Assembly (NCBI GenBank): GCA_041640635.1
Contig: JBEPZX010000012.1
Coordinates: 1 to 40,414, forward strand
Direction: 5' to 3'
Length of the DNA stretch: 40,414 bases
From: Aquificaceae bacterium
Lineage (GTDB): Bacteria > Aquificota > Aquificia > Aquificales > Aquificaceae
Position 1 is the stretch's first letter; each line of letters opens with the position of its first letter. Under the pieces are notes generated by a model that ran no database searches, had not been told where the DNA came from, and was given only the letters and a program-made list of their open reading frames with translations. Of the stretch, positions 27,840 through 37,763 are shown one piece after another. The translations under genes and the position numbers were made by a program.

Positions 27840-29192
27840 CTAAGACTGTTTATCTATAACCTTGCTTATTTCCTTCTTATACGCTAAATAAAAAATAATA
27901 GCCCTAATTGTAGTTTCCACACTCATCATAACCCAAGGCACAAGTGGAGTGTAAAAAAAGGACAAAAGCACATAGGAAGGTATTATCCTAAATACCCAAA
28001 AGGATAAGCTGTTTACGATGAGAGGGATATGAGTTTTGCCCATACCCTTTAGTGTTCCAGAGTAGGCACTAGCATAGGCTAACTGTGGCTGAGACAAGGC
28101 AACAATAATTAAGTAATAGGTAGCATACTCTATAACTTGAGGGTCTTTTGTAAAGATACTAGCAAAGAAACTAGGAAAGGCAATCAAAGCCACACCAGCT
28201 AGTCCCATCATAGAAGCGCTCAGATTGGCTGTTGTTCTAACTGCATAGTCTAAACCTAAGTAATTTTTTGCTCCATAGTTCTGTCCAGATATGGTAGTGC
28301 TCGCTATCATAAAACTAAAACCTACCATAAAGGAGATGCTTTCTACTCTCAATCCCACTTGGTGTGCAGCTAAAATGGCGTCTCCAAACCTTGCTAAAAG
28401 ACCTACGAAAACATTAAAGGAAAAACTGGTTATAGCCCTCTCTATGGCTGTAGGTACACCCACTCTTAAAAATGTTTTCAGTAAATGAAAATCTAACTCG
28501 ACTTTTACAGGAAAAGGTTTTTTCTTAGCAACTAACAAAAATACATAAATTAAAAAACCTATTACTTCGGCAATAGCTAGCCCAAGTCCCGCACCAAAAA
28601 CTTCTAATCTAGGAAAGCCAAAAGCTCCGTATATCAAAAGGTATGCACAAACTATGTGTATGGTCGTATATGAAATGGCTATTTTAAAAGGTGTTTTTGT
28701 ATCGCCGCTTCCATTGAAAGCTCCATAAAATACCTCTGACACAAAGGCGAGCACTATTACACTAAATACAGGCTTTAGGTATTGCCTAGCTAAGCTTACG
28801 ACACTTTCCGAAGCACCAAGTTTGGACATAAGATAGGCAACAAAATCTGTGCCGAAGAAAGTCAAAGGAAGTCCAATGATTATGGCAAGCACAATACCCC
28901 ATATGAAAGCTGCTGACGGATCCTTTTTGGCACCCACTCTCTGAGCCACAAGCACAACTGTCCCGCTGTATGCAATAGCCATAAGAGAATAGGTAAACCA
29001 CAGCATACTGGAAGAGAAACCAACAGCAGCAATAGCCGAAGGTGACAAAGATGAAACCAAGATAACAGATATTATGTTTTCTATGGAGTAAAGAATATTT
29101 CCCCCCATTATGGGTAAGGCTAAATTTATAACTTTTTTCGCTACACTTATCTTGTTTTCTGAGGGATCCACCAATATAAGCTTACTTGACAT
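27840..29192 (-). CDS. MATE family efflux transporter
   Basis: About 12 TMs; LALP, AIAAVG, AQRVGAK, GDTKTP, GQNYGAK. Confidence 0.9.
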   Translation of the reverse strand: MSSKLILVDPSENKISVAKKVINLALPIMGGNILYSIENIISVILVSSLSPSAIAAVGFSSSMLWFTYSLMAIAYSGTVVLVAQRVGAKKDPSAAFIWGIVLAIIIGLPLTFFGTDFVAYLMSKLGASESVVSLARQYLKPVFSVIVLAFVSEVFYGAFNGSGDTKTPFKIAISYTTIHIVCAYLLIYGAFGFPRLEVFGAGLGLAIAEVIGFLIYVFLLVAKKKPFPVKVELDFHLLKTFLRVGVPTAIERAITSFSFNVFVGLLARFGDAILAAHQVGLRVESISFMVGFSFMIASTTISGQNYGAKNYLGLDYAVRTTANLSASMMGLAGVALIAFPSFFASIFTKDPQVIEYATYYLIIVALSQPQLAYASAYSGTLKGMGKTHIPLIVNSLSFWVFRIIPSYVLLSFFYTPLVPWVMMSVETTIRAIIFYLAYKKEISKVIDKQS

Positions 29193-29928
29193 AATTCTTC
29201 ATAACATCCATAGTAGCTTTGTAACCTAACTCATATAGTTCTTTTGCTTTACGCACATTTACTAAACTAAAGCCTTGAAGCAGAGGCTCTATCACAACAT
29301 CACATATACTTTTTCTTCTGTCAACATTGGAGTTCACGGCTAAAGCAAAACTCTTTAATAGCACCTGTATTATGTTGTTGGCACGTTGAGATCTATCCTT
29401 TGGATTTACGTTCACGCCTATCAATAATCCTTCACTTTGCATTAAAGGTTCTACAGGTAAATTATTTGTTATCCCACCATCCACCAAGTAGTAGTTCTCA
29501 TACCTAATGGGTTCAAATATTCCAGGCAAGGCACAACTGCCCAGAGTTATTGGCGCAACGCTTCCTTTGTCAAAATAAAGGGTCTCACCGGAGTTTATAT
29601 CTAAGCAACATATGTTTGTTTTTATGGGTAGTTCCTCCAATCTTTTGTAAGGGATTAAAGACTCAAGGAATTTTACAGCTTTGGATAAAGAAAACAAACC
29701 TAGCTTTGGAAAGCGTGGTCTTATATAACTTAGCCAATCAAGATTTTTCACAATGCTTAGCATCTCCTCAGGTTTGTAACCACTGCTGTAAAAAATGGAT
29801 ACCAGAGCTCCGGCACTTACACCACTTAAAGCTGTTATTTGAAATCCTAGCTCTTCCAGTGCTTTCAAAACACCTATGTGGCTTATACCTCTTGCAGCTC
29901 CACCTGACAAAACTAATTTAACCTTCAT
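29182..29928 (-). CDS. Patatin-like phospholipase/esterase
   Basis: LSGGAARG, G-V-S-A-G nucleophile motif, DGG. Confidence 0.9.
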   Translation of the reverse strand: MKVKLVLSGGAARGISHIGVLKALEELGFQITALSGVSAGALVSIFYSSGYKPEEMLSIVKNLDWLSYIRPRFPKLGLFSLSKAVKFLESLIPYKRLEELPIKTNICCLDINSGETLYFDKGSVAPITLGSCALPGIFEPIRYENYYLVDGGITNNLPVEPLMQSEGLLIGVNVNPKDRSQRANNIIQVLLKSFALAVNSNVDRRKSICDVVIEPLLQGFSLVNVRKAKELYELGYKATMDVMKNYVK

Positions 29929-30388
29929 GTTTTAAGAGTACCACACAGTAACATACTAAACCTTCACTTTCGCAAAAACCTTCTTTAGTTTTACCTTTTA
30001 CGTTAACTCTTGAATAATCTACTCCAAGTAAATTCGATAGCTTCTCTCTGATTTGGGTTTTGTAGTCCTTTATCTTAGGTTCGTTGGTAACCACTGTACA
30101 ATCTAAGTTAGAAATAGTGTAGTTTTTATTTTTCATTCTTTTCATAGCTTCTTCCAAAAATAGCAATGATGATACACCTCTCCATCGTGGATCAGTGTCT
30201 GGGAATAGTTCTCCTATATCTGGCTCTCCTAAAGCCGAAAGTATGGCATCCGTGATTGCGTGGATTAGGGCATCACCATCAGAGTGACCCTTTAAACCTC
30301 TTTTGTAAGGAATATAAACGCCTCCCAAGTAAAGAGGCTTGTCTTCTTCGAACTTGTGAGAGTCAAAACCAAACCCAATAAGGAACAT
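29918..30388 (-). CDS. ispF: 2-C-methyl-D-erythritol 2,4-cyclodiphosphate synthase
   Basis: GFGFDSH, GHSDGD..IHAITDA, DIGELFPD, KGKT.EG. Confidence 0.95.
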   Translation of the reverse strand: MFLIGFGFDSHKFEEDKPLYLGGVYIPYKRGLKGHSDGDALIHAITDAILSALGEPDIGELFPDTDPRWRGVSSLLFLEEAMKRMKNKNYTISNLDCTVVTNEPKIKDYKTQIREKLSNLLGVDYSRVNVKGKTKEGFCESEGLVCYCVVLLKHEG

Positions 30389-30409
30389 CCTTTTTAAATA
30401 TAATCTCTA

Positions 30410-31423
30410 TTAGACCTTTCTGAAGTATCTATTTCCAACTCTTTGGATGAGACCTTCCATTTCGTAACTTGTCAATGTCATAAGGGCTTTTTCCAATGTC
30501 ATTCCAGTAAGGCTCATAATTTCATCCAAGTCCTTCGGAGTTACAAGTAAGCTTAAAATAGGATCATCCGATTTTGGCACAGTTTTGTATTCGTTTTTTA
30601 TCTCTTCCGGCTTCATTATGAATTTTGCCTTACCTTCATTCAATAAGTTCACACATCCACGCCATCTGTCACTTTTTCCATAACCTATATGCACTCTAAC
30701 AGGTATACCTTGTGTATAGGCATATTCAGCAGTTATTAGAGCACCGCTGTTTTCAGGTGCTTCAACTACAAACACACATTGAGACAAGGCACTTATTAAC
30801 CTATTTCTCATAGGAAAACTAAACCTCTCTGGACTCTCGTTAGGTAGAAACTCAGACAGAAATACACCTGATTTAAGTACCGCATCTTTTAGATAAGGTG
30901 GTATAAATTTTGTTCCCATTCCTAAGATACATACAGTGTATCCACCCTGTGATACGCAGGCAGAATGAGCCGCAAAATCTATACCTTTAGCTCCTCCAGA
31001 AACTACACCATACCCTATTTCTACTATGTTTTTTACTAAGTCTTTTGTAAACTCGATGCTATATTGATGAGGCTTTCTTGTGCCTACAACCCCCATTAAT
31101 GGAGTGTTTTTGAGCTGACCTAACACAAAAATTACTGGAGGTGGATCTTCTATATCCAAGAGTTTCTTAGGGTAGTCTTTATCTTCTAAGGTTAAGGCTT
31201 TTACATCTTCTTTTTCCAAAAGTTTTATAACTTTGTCAGGATCAAAGGATAATTTTCTTAGCTTTATATTTTGGGCTTTGATTTTCCCAACAATTTCTTC
31301 TAAACTTGAAATGTCTGCCTCAAGTATGGCTTTGGCACTTTTAAAGTGAACAAATAGCTTTTTTATACTTTTGTTACCAAGATCCTTTATTGACTTAAGT
31401 AAAAGCCACTCATGAAGAGACAT
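30410..31423 (-). CDS. dprA: DNA-processing protein DprA (Smf)
   Basis: YP..L..IEDPP, VVGTR, VSGGAKGID..AH, FPMRNRLISAL, SGALITA, C-terminal winged helix. Confidence 0.93.
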   Translation of the reverse strand: MSLHEWLLLKSIKDLGNKSIKKLFVHFKSAKAILEADISSLEEIVGKIKAQNIKLRKLSFDPDKVIKLLEKEDVKALTLEDKDYPKKLLDIEDPPPVIFVLGQLKNTPLMGVVGTRKPHQYSIEFTKDLVKNIVEIGYGVVSGGAKGIDFAAHSACVSQGGYTVCILGMGTKFIPPYLKDAVLKSGVFLSEFLPNESPERFSFPMRNRLISALSQCVFVVEAPENSGALITAEYAYTQGIPVRVHIGYGKSDRWRGCVNLLNEGKAKFIMKPEEIKNEYKTVPKSDDPILSLLVTPKDLDEIMSLTGMTLEKALMTLTSYEMEGLIQRVGNRYFRKV

Positions 31424-31437
31424 CAAGTTTTCTTATT

Positions 31438-32160
31438 TTAAAGCATTTTCAGAGCTTTTTTTAGCAGACCTAGCTCATCGGGCTCTAGGTAACGCCACTT
31501 TCCCAAAGGTAATTTACCCAATTTTATAGGACCAATAGCTGTTCTTTTTAGTCTTAAAACCCTGTGACCAAAATGAGATAGATACCTTTTGACTATATGT
31601 TTTCTTCCTTCGTGAAAGACAATCTCTAAAAGAGTTCTTCCTTCTTCGTATCTAATGACTTTAACACCCAAAGGTTTGGCAAAACCATCCTCTAAGTTAG
31701 CTCCTTTTTTCATATTGGTTAGAGTATCTGCTGATACTTTACCCTCTACCAAAGCTTCGTATACTTTTGGAAGCTTGTACCTTGGGTGCATAATCCTGTT
31801 GGCAAGTTCCCCATCGTTGGTAAGTATCAAAAGTCCTTGTGTGTTGTAATCGAGCCTGCCTACCGGGAAAACTCTTACAGGCAAGTCCTTTATAAGCTCT
31901 TGTATAGTTTTTTTCCCGTCTTTTGGTTTTCCCAACGTTGTTAGGTAACAGCACGGTTTATTAAGGATGATGTACACAAACTTCTGAGGTTTAATTTCTC
32001 TGTCATCTACCTCGACTATATCTTTGTTTGGGTCTATCTTCCACCCAAGCTCTTTAACTACAATGCCGTTTACCTTTACTCTTCCTTTGAGAATGAGCTC
32101 ATCAGCATTCCTGCGTGACGTTACACCGCATATGGAGATGTATCTATTTAGCCTTATCAT
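31438..32160 (-). CDS. rluB: 23S rRNA pseudouridine synthase (RsuA/RluB family)
   Basis: S4 domain (RLNRY...G..SRR.AD), LNKP, VGRLD, EGRKH; likely start ATG 32160. Confidence 0.85.
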   Translation of the reverse strand: MIRLNRYISICGVTSRRNADELILKGRVKVNGIVVKELGWKIDPNKDIVEVDDREIKPQKFVYIILNKPCCYLTTLGKPKDGKKTIQELIKDLPVRVFPVGRLDYNTQGLLILTNDGELANRIMHPRYKLPKVYEALVEGKVSADTLTNMKKGANLEDGFAKPLGVKVIRYEEGRTLLEIVFHEGRKHIVKRYLSHFGHRVLRLKRTAIGPIKLGKLPLGKWRYLEPDELGLLKKALKML

Positions 32161-32164
32161 ATTG

Positions 32165-32755
32165 TTACCAGTATCTTTCTTCTTTCCAGGGGTCACCTTT
32201 CATATTGTATCCTCTTGCCTCCCAAAAACCCGCCTTATCTTCCTTCATAAACTCAATGCCTGTTACATACTTGGCACTTTTCCATGCGTAAAGTTGCGGG
32301 ACCACAAGCCTTAGAGGATAGCCATGTCTTTTTGGGATTACCTGACCGTTCATCTTATACGCTAGTATGCTATCTTCTGCCGAAAAATACTCCAATGGCA
32401 GGTTGGTGGTATAACCTTCTAAACAGTGCACCATAACAAACTTTGCTTCTAGCTTGGGTTTTACAAGCTTACATATTTCCAATGTCTGAACACCTTCCCA
32501 TGCCAAATCTTTTACGCTCCATCTTGTGACACAGTGAAAATCAGCTATCAATCTCACAGATGGTAGTTTTAGTATTTCCTCGTATGTAAACTCCATAGGG
32601 TTTTCTACTTCTCCCCAAACTCTGAGTCTGTAGTTCTGAAGGTCTACTTCAGGTAGTTGATCCACTATATCGTAAGGAATGGGAGCGCCTATCCATTTTT
32701 GACCAGGCGGAAGCCTATCCTCTCTAAGGTTAATTTTACTTACAATTTCCCTCAT
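32165..32755 (-). CDS. Sulfite oxidase-like molybdopterin oxidoreductase (YuiH type, no Tat signal)
   Basis: RLPPGQ, DFHCVTRWS (Mo-ligand Cys), HGYPLRLVVP..YAWKSAK, GFWE.RGY..GDPW.EERY. Confidence 0.88.
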   Translation of the reverse strand: MREIVSKINLREDRLPPGQKWIGAPIPYDIVDQLPEVDLQNYRLRVWGEVENPMEFTYEEILKLPSVRLIADFHCVTRWSVKDLAWEGVQTLEICKLVKPKLEAKFVMVHCLEGYTTNLPLEYFSAEDSILAYKMNGQVIPKRHGYPLRLVVPQLYAWKSAKYVTGIEFMKEDKAGFWEARGYNMKGDPWKEERYW

Positions 32756-33792
32756 AATGTATATTCTTTATGCCTAACTATGTTTTTTTCTCTGTCTATT
32801 ATCAGTCTGTCTTCTTGAAATAGCTTGTTACAAACCCAAACGTTTGTTTCCAAATGCGACGTTACTTGAGGCACCTTTATAAGTCCTCCATATATTGCGA
32901 TCCAAGGTACTAAGTGATCAGAAAGGTGCCTGTCTACAGTGGCTCCAAACTCTAAGTCTTGAATTAGCCTTTCTGCACATTTTTTTCCAATAACTTCCGC
33001 AAGAACGCCTTTTTTCCCTAAGTTGTCACTCCCCAATACATTTCCCCTATCATCCTCTGCCCAAATAACTACGCTTGTTCCCACAGAAGGAGCATCAGCG
33101 TAAGCCGTATATTGTTCTATCTTTTCCGTAAATTTACCTTTTAAAACTTCTAACGCACCTTGTATCTGTCTTTGAGCAACTTTTCTTTCTCTTAAGCTTT
33201 CATGAGCAACGGAGTAAATAACTATTTTTTTGATGTTTCCTTGAATTGGTTTATAAAAGTTTGGTGTTTCCCTTTTTTCGCATGCGCATGAAAGTAGAAC
33301 CTTACCTCCTCCCGCTGGATAGTAACCCCTTTTTAAAACATCCACCTTAAGGTAAGAGCACAAAGGCTTTAGATGTCTTGCATAAACGAATCTAAACCAA
33401 TCTATGGTAGGAGACATGGGAACATCTGTTCCCCCAGTTATCTCCACCTGAACCTTTTTAGCAAAAACAGAAACAGGAAGTATAGTTTGCAAAAACAGGG
33501 ATATAGATCCAGCACTACCAAAATTAACGCTGTAAGACCCCTCCTTTAGTTTTCCAGGCACGTATATTACCTCTGTAGAACCCAAATAATCACCTTCCAC
33601 CTTTGCATTAGCCATTTTCTTAAGCAGTTTTAAAATATGCAAATGCTGTCTTTTAAGTCCTGGATTTTCCCTTTTAATTCTTACGTTGTATACTCTTATA
33701 GGTCTTTTCAGAAAGGTGCTAAGAAAAAGAGCTGTTCGCAAGATTTGCCCACCACCTTCTCCGTGTGAGCCATCAATTTCTATGTATTCCAT
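32752..33792 (-). CDS. rtcA: RNA 3'-terminal phosphate cyclase
   Basis: IDGSHGEGGGQILR, PGLKRQH, GGTDVPMSP, RGYYPAGGG, SHLETN (adenylated His). Confidence 0.93.
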   Translation of the reverse strand: MEYIEIDGSHGEGGGQILRTALFLSTFLKRPIRVYNVRIKRENPGLKRQHLHILKLLKKMANAKVEGDYLGSTEVIYVPGKLKEGSYSVNFGSAGSISLFLQTILPVSVFAKKVQVEITGGTDVPMSPTIDWFRFVYARHLKPLCSYLKVDVLKRGYYPAGGGKVLLSCACEKRETPNFYKPIQGNIKKIVIYSVAHESLRERKVAQRQIQGALEVLKGKFTEKIEQYTAYADAPSVGTSVVIWAEDDRGNVLGSDNLGKKGVLAEVIGKKCAERLIQDLEFGATVDRHLSDHLVPWIAIYGGLIKVPQVTSHLETNVWVCNKLFQEDRLIIDREKNIVRHKEYTL

Positions 33793-34708
33793 CCTCCAGG
33801 AAATTCACGTAGTCCCTTATTCCTTCCTCCAAAGTGTAATCTGGTTCAAAGTTTAAGGCATTTTTTATATTCTTAAGATCAGCTTCTGTATGGTTTTGGT
33901 AAAACTCGTAAGGACAATCAAAGTACTCTATTTCCAAAGAAGTTCCTAGTAGAGAGTTTAGTATGCTCACTATCTCGTTAAAGCTTCTCGCTCTTCCAGA
34001 ACCTACATTGAATATGCCGGATACATCTTTTTCCAAGGCTAGCAGGTTGGCTTTCATAACATCTCCTATGTATACAAAGTCTCTTTTTTGTTCTCCCCAC
34101 TTAAAGAGTCTTGGTTTATTTCCGCCTCTCATCTGTTTGTATAGCTGATAAATCATACTAGCGGTTTTGCCTTTGTAGCTTTCTCCAGGACCGTAAACGT
34201 TGAAATACCTAAAGCCAATTACATGAATGTGTGGGTTCTCTTTAATAAAGTTCATAGCTATGTAATCCATACTGAGTTTGGAAAAGCCGTATATATTTTC
34301 GGGTTGTAAGCCTCTATCCTCTCTCATTGGTGGTTCCGTATTTCCGTAAACGCCAGCGGAAGAAGCATATATCACCTTTGATCGCCAATGAAGGGCAGCA
34401 TCCAAGACGTATCTAAAGCTATTGGTGTTTACATCAAGCATAAGCCTTTGGTCCATTACCGTTGTATCCGTTATCGCTGCTTTGTGAAAAACTACATCAA
34501 AGCGATAATTAGATTTCAAATAATCCCAAAGCTCTTTATCTCTAATATCGCCAGCTATAACCTCTCCTTCAAAACCAATTAGATTCTTAAAGTGACCCGA
34601 GGAAAAATCGTCAAGTATGTAAACGGTCCAGTGAGGAAATTTAGATTTTATTGTTTTTGCTATGTTAGAGCCTATAAATCCAGCTCCTCCTGTGACTAAG
34701 ATCTTCAT
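33773..34708 (-). CDS. hldD: ADP-L-glycero-D-manno-heptose 6-epimerase
   Basis: TGGAGFIGSN, YASSA.VYG, YGFSK, RYFNVYGPGE.YKG..AS, RDFVY, YQ..T.AD. Confidence 0.85.
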   Translation of the reverse strand: MKILVTGGAGFIGSNIAKTIKSKFPHWTVYILDDFSSGHFKNLIGFEGEVIAGDIRDKELWDYLKSNYRFDVVFHKAAITDTTVMDQRLMLDVNTNSFRYVLDAALHWRSKVIYASSAGVYGNTEPPMREDRGLQPENIYGFSKLSMDYIAMNFIKENPHIHVIGFRYFNVYGPGESYKGKTASMIYQLYKQMRGGNKPRLFKWGEQKRDFVYIGDVMKANLLALEKDVSGIFNVGSGRARSFNEIVSILNSLLGTSLEIEYFDCPYEFYQNHTEADLKNIKNALNFEPDYTLEEGIRDYVNFLEDGIHRN

Positions 34709-36216
34709 TTTTTCTTTCCTTTTTTGGATTTTTGTGGCTTCTCTTTAGGCAAGTCTTTCAATATGAACCTTTTAATCAGGTAGTTCTGACCTATACTTAT
34801 CACGTTGTTAAACGTCCAGTATAAGACCAAAGCGCTGGGGAAATTAGCAAACAGAAAAGTAAAAAGTATCGCAGATACGTACATAATAATGTTTTGTTGT
34901 TTGTCTGGATTTGGAGTTATGAACTGTTGAGCTATCATGCTCAAGCCCATAAACACGGGAAGAATATAGTAAGGATCTTTGTAGGCAAGGCTTGGTATCC
35001 AGAGTAAAGAGGATGTACTCATATCCACAGTTATCGTAATAACCTTGTAGAGGGCAAAGAATATGGGAATTTGGAGCACCATGGGGAGACAACCAGACAT
35101 AGGGTTAAAACCTACTTCAGAGTATATTTTCATCATCTCTTCTTGCATCTTTACTGGGTCTTCTTTGTACTTTTCCTTCAGCTGCTGTATCTTTGGTGCA
35201 ACTTGTGCCAGTTTGGACATGGCAACAGTGCTCTTGTAAGTCAGTGGAAATACAAAAATTCTTATGATGAGAGTAAGCGCTAGTATGGATAAAACCCATG
35301 AACCGAGATTGTGGTATATCCAATACATAAAAATAAACAAAGGTTTAACTATTATGGATAAGGTTCCATAATCTATGATGTTTTCCAAACCAAGTGGTTT
35401 TAGTCTTGCATATTCTTTGGCTCCTGCATAGAAAAACAGAGGCTTGGTAGAACTAACAAGTGTTAATGTATTGTTTTCGTCTAACCTGTAAATTATTGCA
35501 CTACCAATATTCCCTGAGAAACCTTTAAAGTAATACCTGCTTTCTTCACCTGCAAAGGTAATATCACCTTCTACAATCTCTCTTCCTTTTATATCCTTTA
35601 TGTCTAACCTATTTATTGATTTTCCTATAGCAAAAATAGGACCTTCGTGAGTGTAAAAGGAATCTTCTTCTATGCGTGTTCCTGTAGATACGTATAGAGG
35701 TTTATCAAATTTGATACTTACTTCAAAGTGTGTTTCTTTGTATGTGATCGCTTTGGTGATACCCAGAGCATTCTGTTTCAATAAAATAGTGTTTCCTTCC
35801 TTTGTAATCTCGTAAGGCGAAAAGTTAAGCTCGGAATCCAGTTCTGGATCACCAGAGAACACCTCTAATGGATATATGTTAAGTTTCTTTTCTGTGCTCG
35901 TTATAAGCTCCCTACTGTATTTCTTATCGATAATACTTACTAATTTTCCACCTTCCTGAGATACAGAAATTTTAAAGTTTGGAAAATCAAAAGTTTGTAT
36001 ACTTTGAGGCACTTTTGATTCTCTCGTTGTACCAAGCAATAAGGTAGGGATACTTTCTTTAGCCTTTTCTAAAACCGGTTCACCAGAAGCTTTTTGCTCA
36101 GCTTTGTTTTCTTTAGGTCCAAAGTAGAAGAAATAAAGTTGGTATCCTGTGAACATCAAGAAAATCAAAGCAGCAAGTATAAAAATTCTCTTTGGGTCTA
36201 TATCCTTGTTATCCAT
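34705..36216 (-). CDS. yidC: Membrane protein insertase YidC
   Basis: N-terminal TM, periplasmic domain, IDYG, NPMSGCLP.VLQIPIFFALY, DPYYILP, LYW..NN. Confidence 0.95.
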   Translation of the reverse strand: MDNKDIDPKRIFILAALIFLMFTGYQLYFFYFGPKENKAEQKASGEPVLEKAKESIPTLLLGTTRESKVPQSIQTFDFPNFKISVSQEGGKLVSIIDKKYSRELITSTEKKLNIYPLEVFSGDPELDSELNFSPYEITKEGNTILLKQNALGITKAITYKETHFEVSIKFDKPLYVSTGTRIEEDSFYTHEGPIFAIGKSINRLDIKDIKGREIVEGDITFAGEESRYYFKGFSGNIGSAIIYRLDENNTLTLVSSTKPLFFYAGAKEYARLKPLGLENIIDYGTLSIIVKPLFIFMYWIYHNLGSWVLSILALTLIIRIFVFPLTYKSTVAMSKLAQVAPKIQQLKEKYKEDPVKMQEEMMKIYSEVGFNPMSGCLPMVLQIPIFFALYKVITITVDMSTSSLLWIPSLAYKDPYYILPVFMGLSMIAQQFITPNPDKQQNIIMYVSAILFTFLFANFPSALVLYWTFNNVISIGQNYLIKRFILKDLPKEKPQKSKKGKKK

Positions 36217-36425
36217 CAGGGATAATCTACTCCTCCTTTTGAAAAGGGATTACACCGTAAAATTCTCCACATTGTTTTTAATACACCTTTCACAACACCG
36301 TGCTTTTCTACAGCCAAAATAGCATATTGGGAACAAGTAGGATGAAATCTACAACTTGCCGGATAAATGGGTGATATAAATAATTGCCAAAATCTGAAAA
36401 AGCCAACAAAAACTCTCTTTATCAA
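36216..36425 (-). CDS. yidD: Membrane protein insertion efficiency factor YidD
   Basis: ISP....[24 protein letters not shown] start overlaps the rpmH stop. Confidence 0.92.
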   Translation of the reverse strand: MIKRVFVGFFRFWQLFISPIYPASCRFHPTCSQYAILAVEKHGVVKGVLKTMWRILRCNPFSKGGVDYP

Positions 36426-36565
36426 GGCGTAAGTCTCTTTCTACCCTTTTGTCTTCTTCTCTTGATAATAGCTCTTCCACTTTTTGTAGACATACGAGCT
36501 AAAAATCCACTCTTACGCTTTCTCTTTAAGTTAGAAATATGGGTAACGTTTCTTTGGGTAGCCAT
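36422..36565 (-). CDS. rpmH: 50S ribosomal protein L34 (47 aa; not in the ORF track)
   Basis: Hand translation: [56 protein letters not shown] upstream. Confidence 0.95.
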   Translation of the reverse strand: MATQRNVTHISNLKRKRKSGFLARMSTKSGRAIIKRRRQKGRKRLTP

Positions 36566-36596
36566 CTTTTCTCTCCTATACGTAAAATTTTCAAGT

Positions 36597-36623
36597 AAAA
36601 AGGCCTCCTTTTAAAAAGAGGCC
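36597..36623 (-). terminator. Rho-independent terminator after atpE
   Basis: GGCCTC/GAGGCC stem (36623-36602) followed by a T-run on the minus strand. Confidence 0.75.
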
Positions 36624-36633
36624 GTAGAAGAGT

Positions 36634-36975
<342 letters not shown>

Positions 36976-37635
36976 CTAATGTTCTTCATGAGCTACAGCA
37001 CCTGTAAGATACACTACAGAAAGTATCATAAAAATGTAAGCTTGTATAAACACAGCTAAAAATTTTATGGCTATTATGAAAAGTAAGAAAACCGGCGATA
37101 CAACCATAGTGAAGGGGTTTTGTATAACCAGTCCTACTAAAACCAAAAGTAGCATGGCGCCACCTTTCATGTTGGCAAACAACCTGAGAGTTAAAGTTAT
37201 TGGTCTTGCCAAATGGGAGATTATCTCGATAAGGAAAAATACAGGTGCTAAGTACTTGTTTGGACCCATGAAATGTTTAAGATATCCTATTCCGTGAAGT
37301 CTAAATCCCTCTACGTTGTAAAGGACAAAAACAGCTAGTGCTAAAGCTAAGTTAGTATTTACATTACCTGTAGGAGCTTCTAGACCTGGAATCATACCCA
37401 AAAGGTTAGAAAAAAATACAAATAGCCCTATAGCTGCTATAATTGGTATGTATCTCTCCCCTTCATGACCCATATTCTCTGTTATCATATTTCTCACAAA
37501 TCTTAGATAACCTTCCCAAATAGCTTGAAATCTTGTAGGTCTCACAGAAGGTTTTCCAGCTATCACAACTAAAAATGTAGCTATTATCATGGATAGTAAT
37601 CCGTAATAAACGTGCGTTAGATTTAATTGTTCCAT
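36976..37635 (-). CDS. atpB: F0F1 ATP synthase subunit a
   Basis: NLLGMIPG, APT.NVN, EIISHLARPITLTLRLFANM (essential Arg), IQAYIF..LS..Y. Confidence 0.95.
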   Translation of the reverse strand: MEQLNLTHVYYGLLSMIIATFLVVIAGKPSVRPTRFQAIWEGYLRFVRNMITENMGHEGERYIPIIAAIGLFVFFSNLLGMIPGLEAPTGNVNTNLALALAVFVLYNVEGFRLHGIGYLKHFMGPNKYLAPVFFLIEIISHLARPITLTLRLFANMKGGAMLLLVLVGLVIQNPFTMVVSPVFLLFIIAIKFLAVFIQAYIFMILSVVYLTGAVAHEEH

Positions 37636-37763
37636 GAAATCCTATTATAACACAATAAGAAAATGTTAACATGTTTAAACACTCAAGCATTCACACTTAT
37701 ATCTTGCATATATTTTTAGTTTGCATAACCTTTAAATAATTAAGCTTACGTGGAGGTAATTTA

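Noticed and set aside
36384..36614. 76-aa hydrophobic plus-strand ORF at the position where rnpA might be sought
   Set aside because: It is the antisense of the Lys/Arg-rich rpmH and has no RnpA RNR motif.
37660..37730. Short palindromes (ATGTTAACAT, GTTTAAAC) and a TTGCATA repeat between atpB and leuC; possible leucine attenuator
   Set aside because: The motifs are short and AT-rich, so expected by chance. No Leu-rich leader peptide or T-box is visible.
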